Origin: a virus
IMG/VR virus record: IMGVR_UViG_3300032073_000008
Span: 46,318 to 110,317 of that record
Strand: one strand, 5' to 3'
Length of the DNA stretch: 64,000 bases
Shown here: one piece after another, positions 43,336 through 53,285 of the stretch
Position numbering within the stretch: position 1 is the stretch's first letter
How the letters are laid out: every line of letters starts with the position of its first letter
Position numbers and translations under genes: made by a program
The notes under the pieces: generated by a model
What the model saw: only the letters and a program-made list of their open reading frames with translations
The model's database searches: none
What the model was told of the DNA's origin: nothing

Positions 43336-46300
43336 TAACCTATCGATCCTGTAGTATATAAAGCTGTGGTTGTAAATGTACCGTTAGACCACGCTATAGT
43401 TGTATTTGCGACTGTGTCACTAGACACTATATTTAGCGGAACTTTATAGTAAACTCCTGCACTTTTTTGTATTATTATCACACCACCATTAGCAAATTGA
43501 GACTCCATAGCTGAACCAGTACCAGTAATATTGAATGATCCATTTGTAAAGGTGAATGTTCCAGTCGCATTTTTTCTAAATGTATTGTTTGCTGATAATA
43601 TCACATTCAAATTAGTATTTGAGTGAGACTTAAACTTACCGAACATTTTTTGACCTGCTGGATGAGCAAGTTTCATTGCAACTTCTTTATACCTTTTCAA
43701 ACTTAGAGGAACAGCTAGTTGATATGAAAACTCTTGATAAAAGTCACTATCTTGTATAAAGCCACGCTTGGTTGAAATGTGACTTCTTGATGTGGCATAA
43801 TATCCTTCTGAGTTTGCAGCATTTTGTAGTTTAAGTCTAACAACAGCTTGTGTTGAATCAACTCTTCCTGTGCTTTCAACTTTTACTTCTTCATTCTGAT
43901 CATGTGAAAATCCAGAGTCAGCAACTCTTAATCCAGTTATTGTACCGTTTGCACCAACATCTGCACGGATGTTTGCGTTCTGTCCTAATATTCCTCTGTC
44001 AACAACCTTGACAATTTTAACTGTAGTGGTGCTATCAACAGATCTTGTGTCAGTAGTTCCAGGAACATATGAAGAACTAAACTTCTTAATTGTTGCGTTG
44101 GTATTGTTAGCAAATGTTTTTCCATTCGGGAATCTTTGCAGTGGTGGTTGCCAAACTCTTATTACTGTTTCAAACTGACCATTAGAATAAGAAGTTACAG
44201 TGGGTGCACCATAAGTCGATCCTGCTTTAATATCACCAGAAGCACCTGAAGAAGATTGTAATATTCCATCATTTGTATCGACAGTAACATTTGATTCTGT
44301 GCCAGATTGTATTGTGAGGAATTGTTCACCTATACCCAAAGAAGCAATACCAGATTCAGTAACATCAACTTTGGGTGCTACTGTGAAACCACTACCACCC
44401 ACACGCCCAGATAATTGATCAATAGTTCCAAATGTTTGTGTTTTAAATACTAATGAATCTTCTAGTTTACTGTATACTGTTTCAAGTTCTGTATTTGAAG
44501 TTGAAAAGTGGACATTACCTACAATTGTAGATGAACCAACCTTTCTTACACCATCGCGTTCGACAAATCCTTGTAATGGACCAAAATCAAATTGATTAGA
44601 TAGATTAGCACTATTGTTGGCACTAACACGGCATTTTACAACATGTCTAAACACACCACCCTTACCATATGCTGCACCACTTAAAGCTGGGCTAAATGCT
44701 GGAGTAACAACTATGGTATTGTCATCAGTAACACTAACAACTCTACGCGAAGGAGCTTGACCACCAGCCTTAATCACATCGCCACGCCCAAATACTGTGC
44801 CTATATTAGTGCTAGTTACATTGTTAGATGAACTGTTTACAGTATTAGATTGAACAACATTTGCTGTAGTGTTGTGCTCATAAAGATATGGAGTAGTGCT
44901 TATAACTTTTTTAACAACACCATAACTGTAAACTTCTTCACCAGTTAATGTTGTATCAGCAGTATTTGCGTAAAAGTTTGTTGTGCTGACAATTTCATCA
45001 CCTAAAGCTACAGTCTGTCCACCAGTATTCGCCACATCTAATATGTGATACCCAATGGTATTTCCAGCAAATGATGTTACTTTACCTGCCGAAGAACCAG
45101 ATGTGTTGACTATAAGTAATGTTTCGCCAGTCCCAAATGCATCTGTAACAACCTTTTGGTACTCAGTTGCTGTAGCTGCAGTTTCAACTTGAAACCCCCA
45201 AGCAAAGATATGTTTAGTAATATCGCCTTGATAACTGATAACATTCGATCCATCAGTCATGTTCAATTGCACATTATGCGATCCACTACCAGATGTGGTT
45301 CCAGTCATAGTGACACGATACCAACCATTACCAACATCCTTAATCGAGCTTGTTAGATCACCATGAGTTGAAACAATTGTTCCGTTTTGTAAATTAAATT
45401 TTACAGCAGGAAATGCACCGCCAGTGCTTAATCTTAGTGCAGCATTTCGATCACTTGAACCAGCTTTTAAAAATACAGAAGTTGTATACTGTGTACTGTT
45501 TTGTAGAAATGATGAAGCGAGAGTAATAAGGTGTGAATTATCTGACGCATCTTCTACAATCTTTTCAGCAGTTAAAGTACCATTTGGTGCTAATGTTTGG
45601 TTTGCAATAGCACCACACCTTAAATCATTCCAATAATTATTATCTAATTCTTCTGAATAATTCACACGATTGCGTATACTTGTGATAAATTTTCTGTATC
45701 CATCTGTAGTAAATTTGCCAGCACCATCAGTAGCATCTGTTATTGCTGTGACGGTAGCATTTGCTCCACTAGACACACCATATAATGAAGCACCAACACC
45801 TATTGTCAATGTGTTCGCTACATGCAAAGATGATTCTACATTATCTCTGAATAGACCGTTGTTTGTAACTTCATTTGATTCTCTAAATCCAAGAGTTGGT
45901 GAACCAATAATAGTGTTAGCAAATGTTGCCATTTTGCGTGTTGAATAATCAGCATTAAGTATATCTGGAGCATTGAAACCAAAGATAGTATTAGAACCTA
46001 ACAATGTGACATTTGTTGAAATAGCAAATGTCTCATCTATATCTGATCCTGTTATTGTAAACGATGCAGCTGTATCTCCATCACCGCCACTGATTGTGAC
46101 AACTGAGCCACCTTGATTTGGGTCTGACGAAACTTCTGTGTAACCAGAACCACCGTCTATAAGAGTAAATGTCAATGAACCATTAAGATCTACAGTATCA
46201 GTAACAACAACTTTACCAAAGTCACCTATTTTGTCTGACTCTAATTTAACAATATCTCCTGCTTGGTATTTTGCTCCAGGTGAAACAATTTCAATTCTGT

Positions 46301-46946
46301 GTATACCAGCATCAACAATTGCAGAATGACCAGAACCATCAGTATCTGACAATAATCTAATTGGCTCTAAGTGATTGAATGAACCTTTAATATTTGATAC
46401 ATTAATTTGCATCAAATCCCTGCCTTTAACAATGCGACCTACCACATCTTCAACAAGAGCTTGGGCATTCGATTCAGTGCCAACAATTGTTTTTCCTATA
46501 AAGTCATAATTATTTTGATTGTAGTTTGTTACTAGGTAGCGATCAAGTTGCCAATCGCCATCAGATATTTTCAACATCTGATCAGCAGGAAAATTAACCT
46601 CAACATCTTCATTGTAAATTGCCCTGAACATTAACTTATAAGAAGCTAATGAGCCACGAGTTTCGTTATAATATTTTACATACTTTGCCATTAACCGCTT
46701 ATCAGATAACACATCATGCGGTACTGATGGGAGGAGTGTTTCTTGGAAATGAGTTAAATACTGATCTAAAGTTGTGTTTATATCTTTGTAATCTTCTAGA
46801 TTTTGTATGGCTTCGGTCAACTTTCCATTCTGCTCAAGGTACTCATAATATCCTTCAATAAAAGCAAGGAAATTTTGCCCTTCTTCCTTATAGAAGTCTG
46901 GAAATTGATTCGCGACCTGCGTAGATAACTTTGATTTTATTGTCAT
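43335..46946 (-). CDS. gp7: Baseplate wedge initiator (gp7-like)
   Basis: QFPDFYKEEGQNFLAFIEGYYEYLE, SYKLMFRAIYNE, IQDSDFYQEFSY, HPAGQKMFG; between gp6 and gp8. Confidence 0.78.
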   Translation of the reverse strand: MTIKSKLSTQVANQFPDFYKEEGQNFLAFIEGYYEYLEQNGKLTEAIQNLEDYKDINTTLDQYLTHFQETLLPSVPHDVLSDKRLMAKYVKYYNETRGSLASYKLMFRAIYNEDVEVNFPADQMLKISDGDWQLDRYLVTNYNQNNYDFIGKTIVGTESNAQALVEDVVGRIVKGRDLMQINVSNIKGSFNHLEPIRLLSDTDGSGHSAIVDAGIHRIEIVSPGAKYQAGDIVKLESDKIGDFGKVVVTDTVDLNGSLTFTLIDGGSGYTEVSSDPNQGGSVVTISGGDGDTAASFTITGSDIDETFAISTNVTLLGSNTIFGFNAPDILNADYSTRKMATFANTIIGSPTLGFRESNEVTNNGLFRDNVESSLHVANTLTIGVGASLYGVSSGANATVTAITDATDGAGKFTTDGYRKFITSIRNRVNYSEELDNNYWNDLRCGAIANQTLAPNGTLTAEKIVEDASDNSHLITLASSFLQNSTQYTTSVFLKAGSSDRNAALRLSTGGAFPAVKFNLQNGTIVSTHGDLTSSIKDVGNGWYRVTMTGTTSGSGSHNVQLNMTDGSNVISYQGDITKHIFAWGFQVETAATATEYQKVVTDAFGTGETLLIVNTSGSSAGKVTSFAGNTIGYHILDVANTGGQTVALGDEIVSTTNFYANTADTTLTGEEVYSYGVVKKVISTTPYLYEHNTTANVVQSNTVNSSSNNVTSTNIGTVFGRGDVIKAGGQAPSRRVVSVTDDNTIVVTPAFSPALSGAAYGKGGVFRHVVKCRVSANNSANLSNQFDFGPLQGFVERDGVRKVGSSTIVGNVHFSTSNTELETVYSKLEDSLVFKTQTFGTIDQLSGRVGGSGFTVAPKVDVTESGIASLGIGEQFLTIQSGTESNVTVDTNDGILQSSSGASGDIKAGSTYGAPTVTSYSNGQFETVIRVWQPPLQRFPNGKTFANNTNATIKKFSSSYVPGTTDTRSVDSTTTVKIVKVVDRGILGQNANIRADVGANGTITGLRVADSGFSHDQNEEVKVESTGRVDSTQAVVRLKLQNAANSEGYYATSRSHISTKRGFIQDSDFYQEFSYQLAVPLSLKRYKEVAMKLAHPAGQKMFGKFKSHSNTNLNVILSANNTFRKNATGTFTFTNGSFNITGTGSAMESQFANGGVIIIQKSAGVYYKVPLNIVSSDTVANTTIAWSNGTFTTTALYTTGSIG

Positions 46947-48718
46947 TAAACTTGCTCACCAAATACATTAATGATAGCTTCATTTGAGTTCATTACCAAA
47001 ATTTGCTCTCTTACAGCTACAATATCAAAGTTCTCAGGAGACGCAGATACCTTCACTTGTATGTCTGAAAATGCTGTTGGTTCAAAATTTTGAAGTTCAA
47101 CAATACCGTTTGTGTAGTCAATTGTTCCAGCAGAAGCGACAATATTTACTTTTTCTTTCTGTTCACTAAAACGGAATATTGTTACTGTACCAGCTCCATC
47201 ATCACCGAGTTGTGCTGGAAACCCATTGTATGTAAACTGAGTAGAATTTAGTGATGATGGTCTGATCTCGTTATTGAACTTCAATTTAACATTAGTTGCA
47301 TTATTGATATCAGGAACAAATCTTTTCTCAATAGAAATTGCTGCATCTGTATTTAAAACTGAACCTTCTGAAGTGTTATCTAAAGCTCTAACAAACCTTG
47401 AATATCTTAATCTGTTTCCAAACCTTTCTAAATTTGATTCAGAAAAAGTTTTTATTGCGTCTCTAATATTTGATGCAATACCATCATCAGTCAAAACTGT
47501 TCTTGTCAAATCATAATTAACTGTTACTGTAGGGACAAGATATGTATAGTCTGCGTCTATAATAACAGGATCTATAGCCAATGGTGTTCTATCTTTGATA
47601 GAATCCTTCAACTTTTGTTTTCTTGTTATTGTAGCAAACTCTTCATTAAATGGTTTAATAGCAATATAAACTTTACCAAATGTGGGTGGATCAAAATCCT
47701 CTCCACCAAAAGCAATAACTGATTGCAAGTCTGAATTCTCGCTTAATATAATACGATCATAATCGTTCGATACTACAGCTCTGTTTTGAGTTTGGAAATT
47801 TCTAGGTGCATTAAATTTGATTGAATCAACGCTTTCTTGGAACCTACCACCTGACGACTTTCTTTCGACAGAAGTGATAGTTATAGTCGGTGCAGGAGTT
47901 AGACCAGTAAAAACACTTTCTACAGAAAATGTAGAAGCACCATCTGTTTCATTACCATTACAAACCAAATAATCTGCGGTTATAATATTTCCACCAACCA
48001 CAGACTTGCCCAGACTGCCCTGACCAAAAATTATTTCATATTTCCCATCTGCTGACTCTTCTAGGAAAAATACTGGTGATGTTTTAAAAACTTGATTTAC
48101 ATTGGTAGCTCTTGTGTATTCAGTCACAGCAGTATCTGTTGAAGAGTTTTGCACCTTAACTGAAATACTAGATGTGTCTACACCAGTGTTTGGTATAATA
48201 TAACGAACAGGATTAGTTGTGCTAACAGTCCAAGAATGTGATAATGGTTCGCCTTCTTTTATTGTTATCAGTTTTGTGAATGTGTTAGCAGATGATCTAT
48301 CTACTTTGATTGCTTGTGGAGCAACATATGTGTATGTAACATCATCGACTGTTGTTGTAAACTTAGAATTTTTTGGTATTGTTACTTGTGGAACATCGCC
48401 AGCCACACCTGTGAATTGTATGTTTACATCTGCTTGTGAACCGATAGATGAAGCAGGAACATAACCAAGTTCTTTTGCACGAGAAACAACTGAGTCTCTT
48501 TGCTGTGCAGTATCTAAGAACATCTCATTTGCGACCATGTTTAGATAATATGCATTATAATGAGTGTTGTATGCCAGAACATCAAGTAAGACTGACATAG
48601 CAGAACCTTCAAAATTATAATCTGCGAATTTATCTTGTGATGAGAGATATGATTTCAGATTTGTTCTGATCTCTTCAAAATCTAATTCTGTAACTTTTAA
48701 ATATGTATTTGCTGACAT
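46946..48718 (-). CDS. gp6: Baseplate wedge subunit
   Basis: ELDFEEIRTNLKSYL, YNFEGS, LAYNTHY, ESVDSIKFNAP, QNRAV. Confidence 0.95.
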   Translation of the reverse strand: MSANTYLKVTELDFEEIRTNLKSYLSSQDKFADYNFEGSAMSVLLDVLAYNTHYNAYYLNMVANEMFLDTAQQRDSVVSRAKELGYVPASSIGSQADVNIQFTGVAGDVPQVTIPKNSKFTTTVDDVTYTYVAPQAIKVDRSSANTFTKLITIKEGEPLSHSWTVSTTNPVRYIIPNTGVDTSSISVKVQNSSTDTAVTEYTRATNVNQVFKTSPVFFLEESADGKYEIIFGQGSLGKSVVGGNIITADYLVCNGNETDGASTFSVESVFTGLTPAPTITITSVERKSSGGRFQESVDSIKFNAPRNFQTQNRAVVSNDYDRIILSENSDLQSVIAFGGEDFDPPTFGKVYIAIKPFNEEFATITRKQKLKDSIKDRTPLAIDPVIIDADYTYLVPTVTVNYDLTRTVLTDDGIASNIRDAIKTFSESNLERFGNRLRYSRFVRALDNTSEGSVLNTDAAISIEKRFVPDINNATNVKLKFNNEIRPSSLNSTQFTYNGFPAQLGDDGAGTVTIFRFSEQKEKVNIVASAGTIDYTNGIVELQNFEPTAFSDIQVKVSASPENFDIVAVREQILVMNSNEAIINVFGEQV

Positions 48719-49110
48719 TACCTGACTCTTTCTAGTATGATGTCCAGTACAACTGGGTTAGGATCATTAATTATCATAAAAGCTACTGATAAAATTAATG
48801 AATGCGACTCTCTATTTTCTTCAACTAATACTTCAACAACATCAGCTCTTGGTTCAAAGTTTTTAATTACTTCTCGTATTGATGCTTCCATTTGTTGTTT
48901 TACAGCTGGGGAAAATAACTCAAATAACTGATAGCGTATGCTACACCCAATGTTTGATTTGAATGGTCGATCATAGTAATCTGTAAGAATAAGTGATTTC
49001 ACAGATTGACGAACAGCTTCTCTGTTTGTCTTCCGTGTCAGCTCTCCTGTCGCTGGATGGGGTATAAACCCCAACGAAATATCACTAAACAATTCTTTCT
49101 TTTTAAGCAT
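48718..49110 (-). CDS. gp25: Baseplate wedge subunit
   Basis: FSDISLGFIPHP, AVRQSVKSLILT, IKNFEPRA, LERVR. Confidence 0.92.
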   Translation of the reverse strand: MLKKKELFSDISLGFIPHPATGELTRKTNREAVRQSVKSLILTDYYDRPFKSNIGCSIRYQLFELFSPAVKQQMEASIREVIKNFEPRADVVEVLVEENRESHSLILSVAFMIINDPNPVVLDIILERVR

Positions 49111-49122
49111 ACTGCCAACTTA

Positions 49123-49290
49123 TTAGGTGTTTTTAGATTCTTGTATTTCTTTCCGTCTATCTTTACACAGCTTTGATATTTCTGCTAAAGCCTTTCTTGC
49201 TCTTGTTCCAGCAGACTTATTGCCTTGACTGAATTTTTCATTCTCAGCATTATACAGCTCAAATAAACTAATTAAATTATCATGTATCAT
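49123..49290 (-). CDS. Histone H1-like Hc1-family small protein (55 aa)
   Basis: MIHDNLISLFELYNAENEKFSQGNKSAGTRARKALAEISKLCKDRRKEIQESKNT*; GNKxAGTRARK signature. Not in the ORF track. Confidence 0.75.
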   Translation of the reverse strand: MIHDNLISLFELYNAENEKFSQGNKSAGTRARKALAEISKLCKDRRKEIQESKNT

Positions 49291-49300
49291 AAAATAAACC

Positions 49301-49329
49301 TTGACTTATAATTAAAACTCATGTATACT
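49301..49329 (+). promoter_or_regulatory. Orphan sigma70-type promoter, antisense to the late operon
   Basis: TTGACT-17 nt-TATACT. Confidence 0.55.
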
Positions 49330-49360
49330 AGAGATGTTGCTTTCTAAGTATTAGATCATC

Positions 49361-49368
49361 TATTTATA
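49361..49368 (-). promoter_or_regulatory. Late promoter for Hc1-like gene and baseplate wedge genes
   Basis: TATAAATA. Confidence 0.7.
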
Positions 49369-49374
49369 ACGCCA

Positions 49375-49758
49375 CTAATCAATATTTTTACTCTTATAAT
49401 CTTCAATTGCAGCTTTAATTGCATCTTCAGCTAAAACAGAGCAGTGGATCTTTACTGGTGGAAGTGCAAGCTCTTCTGCGATATCGCTGTTTTTGATTGT
49501 TGTTGCATATTCGAGACTTTTACCTTTGACATATTCTGTAAGGAGACTACTAGAAGCGATAGCAGAACCACAACCATAAGTTTTAAAACGAGCGTCTTCA
49601 ATTATTCCTTCTCCATTAACATCTATTTGTAATTGCATTACATCACCGCATGCTGGTGCACCAACCATACCAGTGCCAACACTTTTCTTATTTCTATCTA
49701 GCTTACCTACATTTCTTGGATTCTCATAATGATCCATAACTTTATCACTGTATGGCAT
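49375..49758 (-). CDS. iscU: Fe-S cluster scaffold IscU
   Basis: YSDKVMDHYENPRNVG, GAPACGDVM, FKTYGCGSAIASSS, LPPVKIHCSVLAEDAI; three Cys and the LPPVK HscA-binding motif present. Confidence 0.96.
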   Translation of the reverse strand: MPYSDKVMDHYENPRNVGKLDRNKKSVGTGMVGAPACGDVMQLQIDVNGEGIIEDARFKTYGCGSAIASSSLLTEYVKGKSLEYATTIKNSDIAEELALPPVKIHCSVLAEDAIKAAIEDYKSKNID

Positions 49759-49761
49759 ATT

Positions 49762-50046
49762 TTATCCTCCAGCAAAAACATTAGATGAGCCTGCTGCGAC
49801 AGAAGTGCATGTTGGATCACCCACTCTACCACATGCTTTTCCATTCACAAAAACACTACCAGATCCAGATCCAATTGGAGCAGCATGTCCAGGACAAGGA
49901 GATCCAGGAAGCAGATGACCAGTATTACTGTCGCCTACTCTTGACACAGCAATACCATTAGCAAATACATTACCGCTTCCTGCAGCTTGAACCATTCCTG
50001 AGCAATGTACTGCATTAGCATCACCTATTCTTGCAACTGCTGGCAT
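49762..50046 (-). CDS. PAAR spike-tip protein (gp5.4-like)
   Basis: PAVARIGD, GSGNVFANG, RVGD, GSSNVF with His/Cys metal ligands. Confidence 0.92.
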   Translation of the reverse strand: MPAVARIGDANAVHCSGMVQAAGSGNVFANGIAVSRVGDSNTGHLLPGSPCPGHAAPIGSGSGSVFVNGKACGRVGDPTCTSVAAGSSNVFAGG

Positions 50047-50240
50047 TATTTTGTCTCCCTATTCATAAGTTGCTTTAGCTTACCTTCCCATTGAGCATTT
50101 AATCTATGTTCTTCCTCAGTATGTGGGGGTGGTATTATCTCTGGACTAAACTCTATCAAATTATCAAATGACCATGGTATATCTTCAAATATACTATATG
50201 TCTCGACTATCCCTTTGTTTAAAATCACAAACTTATGCAT
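50046..50240 (-). CDS. Small conserved protein preceding PAAR
   Basis: FDNLIEFSPEIIPPPHTEEEH...W motif. Confidence 0.6.
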   Translation of the reverse strand: MHKFVILNKGIVETYSIFEDIPWSFDNLIEFSPEIIPPPHTEEEHRLNAQWEGKLKQLMNRETK

Positions 50241-50685
50241 TTAAATAACCAGTCAACCAACTTACAAAGCCATTCATATCATTATTTACTTGTTGAGTCA
50301 GTGTAAATGTTTGCGTCTGGCTAGTATTATATGTCACAGTTACAGTATATGATTTTGTTTTAAATGCGCTGTTATCAGTTACAAATTTTATAATGTCTTT
50401 GTTCGGTGGAACATTTCCAGTACCGTTTACAATTGTTGGCGTTTCTAATAAATCACTTGATCCCTTTGTCACATAATACACTTGTTCATTAAATGCTGCA
50501 TTGTATTGTCCGCTAATCGTTGCGCCATTTAAAGTGATGCCAGAGTCTACACCAGTTCCGCTTATGACAACAGAATTAACTGTTTCTCCTAAACCACCTG
50601 TTGCGGTGACTGTTTGTGTAAAATTTGTATCTCGTGTTACCGCAGTCAAACCAGTAGCAGGCAAAGGCGATAATGTAATAGCCAT
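50233..50685 (-). CDS. Hypothetical baseplate-associated protein
   Basis: Thr-rich beta ORF coupled to gp5. Confidence 0.55.
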   Translation of the reverse strand: MAITLSPLPATGLTAVTRDTNFTQTVTATGGLGETVNSVVISGTGVDSGITLNGATISGQYNAAFNEQVYYVTKGSSDLLETPTIVNGTGNVPPNKDIIKFVTDNSAFKTKSYTVTVTYNTSQTQTFTLTQQVNNDMNGFVSWLTGYLNA

Positions 50686-51626
50686 TAGTTTAGATCAATC
50701 CTTCCTGCATCCATATCAATAGCAGAGCCACCATTTATATCCATAGAAGCAGCAGATGTTTTCTGCTTTCCAGTATAATCTTCAGTCACACTACCACCAA
50801 CTTCTTCAACTATATTGTCAGTGATCTTTGTTGTTTTACTTTTACTGTATGTTTCTACAACCTCACCGCCAATAGTTTCGTTCTTATCGCCTGTCACATT
50901 AATGTTCCAATTACCACCAATAGTTGTATTGCAGTCTTGGTCAATAAACAGATTACAAACACCTTTAATATGAACATCATTATTTGAAGCAACAACAGTG
51001 TAATTGTTATTAATAATGTGTGTTACCTTGTCACCGTTTGGATGTATTTCGTAGAATGTTCCGCTTCTATGCCTTTCTCGAATTCGCTCTGCATCAACAG
51101 TATCATCATATTCTTTGATATGACCAGACTCTGATTCATAAACATGATTATATGGATACACTGCAGCATAAGGAACAGCAGGCTCAGGTATGGTTGTGTC
51201 AGGTGTATGTGGTTTAGTATTTTCACCACGAGCTAATTTATTGACATCAGGTATGTTAGCTTCTAGTGGATATTTTCCATTCGGATCATTAAATCCAAGA
51301 TTTGGATCAGAGAGATTTGTCGGAATACCTGATAATGTTCCAAGTATCATTGGCTCTTGAGCACGATCACCATCGGCAAAGAATCCTACTACCCATGTTC
51401 CTTCAAGCATTCCAGTCGGTGACTTACCGAAGCCACTCATTGCAGCAGAGTCTATATTATTGACAGGAATAGCCCATGGCAATTCACTTGTTGGTATTGC
51501 GTCTAATGACTCTGTGTGCCACCCATACGCACGCACGCGAACACGACCCAGCTGTACTGGATCGTTTCTGTCCTCAACAACTCCAAAGAACCATGTAAAA
51601 TCTTCTCTACCAATGTAATCTCTCAT
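50685..51626 (-). CDS. gp5: Baseplate hub / central spike, without lysozyme domain
   Basis: OB-fold WFFGVVEDRNDPVQLGRVRVR, LPWA, YPYNHVYESESGH, beta-helix C-terminus; only 313 aa. Confidence 0.92.
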   Translation of the reverse strand: MRDYIGREDFTWFFGVVEDRNDPVQLGRVRVRAYGWHTESLDAIPTSELPWAIPVNNIDSAAMSGFGKSPTGMLEGTWVVGFFADGDRAQEPMILGTLSGIPTNLSDPNLGFNDPNGKYPLEANIPDVNKLARGENTKPHTPDTTIPEPAVPYAAVYPYNHVYESESGHIKEYDDTVDAERIRERHRSGTFYEIHPNGDKVTHIINNNYTVVASNNDVHIKGVCNLFIDQDCNTTIGGNWNINVTGDKNETIGGEVVETYSKSKTTKITDNIVEEVGGSVTEDYTGKQKTSAASMDINGGSAIDMDAGRIDLN

Positions 51627-51702
51627 TAATCACCTTTGATTTTATTTTTAACCCAACCCATTGCCTTTGTCCATGATGCTTGTGAATTGGATTTTTTTGG
51701 AG

Positions 51703-51879
51703 CTAACTTTTTTTTCTTCCGCGTTTTGCTTTTGACTTTTTTGCTTTGGGTTGCTCGTCTAGTTGCTCAACATCATGAGTTGGCGTTTTGATTTCTTGTA
51801 GAAACTCAGGTTGCGGTTTTTTCGCAGGAGCTACTTCAGAAAGAAATTGTTTTTCTCGATCAGATCCAGGTATTGGCAT
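51703..51879 (-). CDS. Small basic protein (58 aa; 84 aa if a -1 shift extends it to 51626)
   Basis: MPIPGSDREKQFLSEVAPAKKPQPEFLQEIK..., SD GAGGA; manual translation. Confidence 0.55.
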   Translation of the reverse strand: MPIPGSDREKQFLSEVAPAKKPQPEFLQEIKTPTHDVEQLDEQPKAKKSKAKRGRKKS

Positions 51880-51911
51880 TGTTTAATCCTCGTTTGTTGT
51901 GTTTAATTTGT

Positions 51912-53285
51912 TTATGCTTTAAATCCTGTGTCTCTTGAACATTCAAGAGTTGTTGTAAAATTATCACCATTCACGCCTAACATTTTATGACGCAATTTTG
52001 TTATCAGATAATTACCGCTCAAGTATTTATCCGCTTGTCCATCCTGATCTTTTGAGATGGCAGAAGCAGGTATCTTTAACAGTATAACATCACCAACATC
52101 CAATTCACTATCACCTGGAAGCACAACTTCAACTACACTATTGAAAATATGTTTTTCGTACGCTTCACTGTCTGCTGCAGTCTCAGTAATTGTTTTTGGA
52201 AATGGGTTTTCAGGTTGAAAGTTTGTATCAGTATCTCTACCGAAGTCTGATGTTTTTAATCGAACAATTGCTGGAGAGTCAGACTGTCCTGGAATTTGGA
52301 AATCATGGAATGTCTTAAACCGCTTATATGATTTATCATAATTATAATCAACAACTCTTTTATTTTTCTTTAACAAATCGATGTATATTGATTGTGTATT
52401 ATATAAACCACCTTCAAGGTTTTCTAAAAAATCAGTTTGTTTTTTAACAAAGAATGATTTTATTTTTGTTCTATCGTCATTCGCATTTGTTGAACCGATT
52501 TCTGATGTGTTGTTTGATGGTGCATATGTAAACATTTCTTTAGGCATCATATTGACAAGATTACTTATATTTTTGTAATGAAAACCTTTACTGTTTTCAA
52601 AAAAAGTATATAAAGGAACATGATCATCTGAATCAGATTCATCAGCAAAAAAATCAATTGTATCATCTACAGATAAATTAGGAACAATAAATTTATGCAT
52701 ACCAACAGTTGCATCACAGTCAAATGTTTTACTTACTTGAAGACCTGCTATCTGACTGATATTTCTATATAGACCTGTAATTTGAATACTATTAAAAAAC
52801 TCATTATAAACACTTGTTACCATATTAGAGATTTGATTACCATTCCCTATACCATATGCTCTGTTTATTTTTCTTGAGGATGTAGAATATGCTTCTGTAC
52901 TGATACCAGAAATTACATAAACTTCATTTCTTTCTTCCGTGCGTTGTCTATCAGAAAGTTTATATAATGAGAAAACATGATTTTTATATTTTATCTCATC
53001 ACTATTTGATCTAAATGAGACTAGAAGGAATTCATTACCATTAAATCCGCCAATCTCTGATGTATTTGGATTACCCACAAGTGTATTGATAAGACCAACA
53101 GAATCACTTATGACGATTTCGCACGACATGTAGTGTGATTCAATATCTTGATATATGCTAAAGTCTACAACCAGACCTTCAATATCTATTATTTGACCAG
53201 AGCCAGATATAAGAGAAAATGCACGGACATCAATGTCCCCAGCCTTTCTATATCCTCGCTGAGATGGGATTGTTACTGTTGACAT
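51912..53285 (-). CDS. Putative baseplate hub protein (gp27-like position)
   Basis: Between gp53 and gp5; PGDSELDVGDVI and LSGNYLITKLRH C-terminal motifs. Confidence 0.6.
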   Translation of the reverse strand: MSTVTIPSQRGYRKAGDIDVRAFSLISGSGQIIDIEGLVVDFSIYQDIESHYMSCEIVISDSVGLINTLVGNPNTSEIGGFNGNEFLLVSFRSNSDEIKYKNHVFSLYKLSDRQRTEERNEVYVISGISTEAYSTSSRKINRAYGIGNGNQISNMVTSVYNEFFNSIQITGLYRNISQIAGLQVSKTFDCDATVGMHKFIVPNLSVDDTIDFFADESDSDDHVPLYTFFENSKGFHYKNISNLVNMMPKEMFTYAPSNNTSEIGSTNANDDRTKIKSFFVKKQTDFLENLEGGLYNTQSIYIDLLKKNKRVVDYNYDKSYKRFKTFHDFQIPGQSDSPAIVRLKTSDFGRDTDTNFQPENPFPKTITETAADSEAYEKHIFNSVVEVVLPGDSELDVGDVILLKIPASAISKDQDGQADKYLSGNYLITKLRHKMLGVNGDNFTTTLECSRDTGFKA

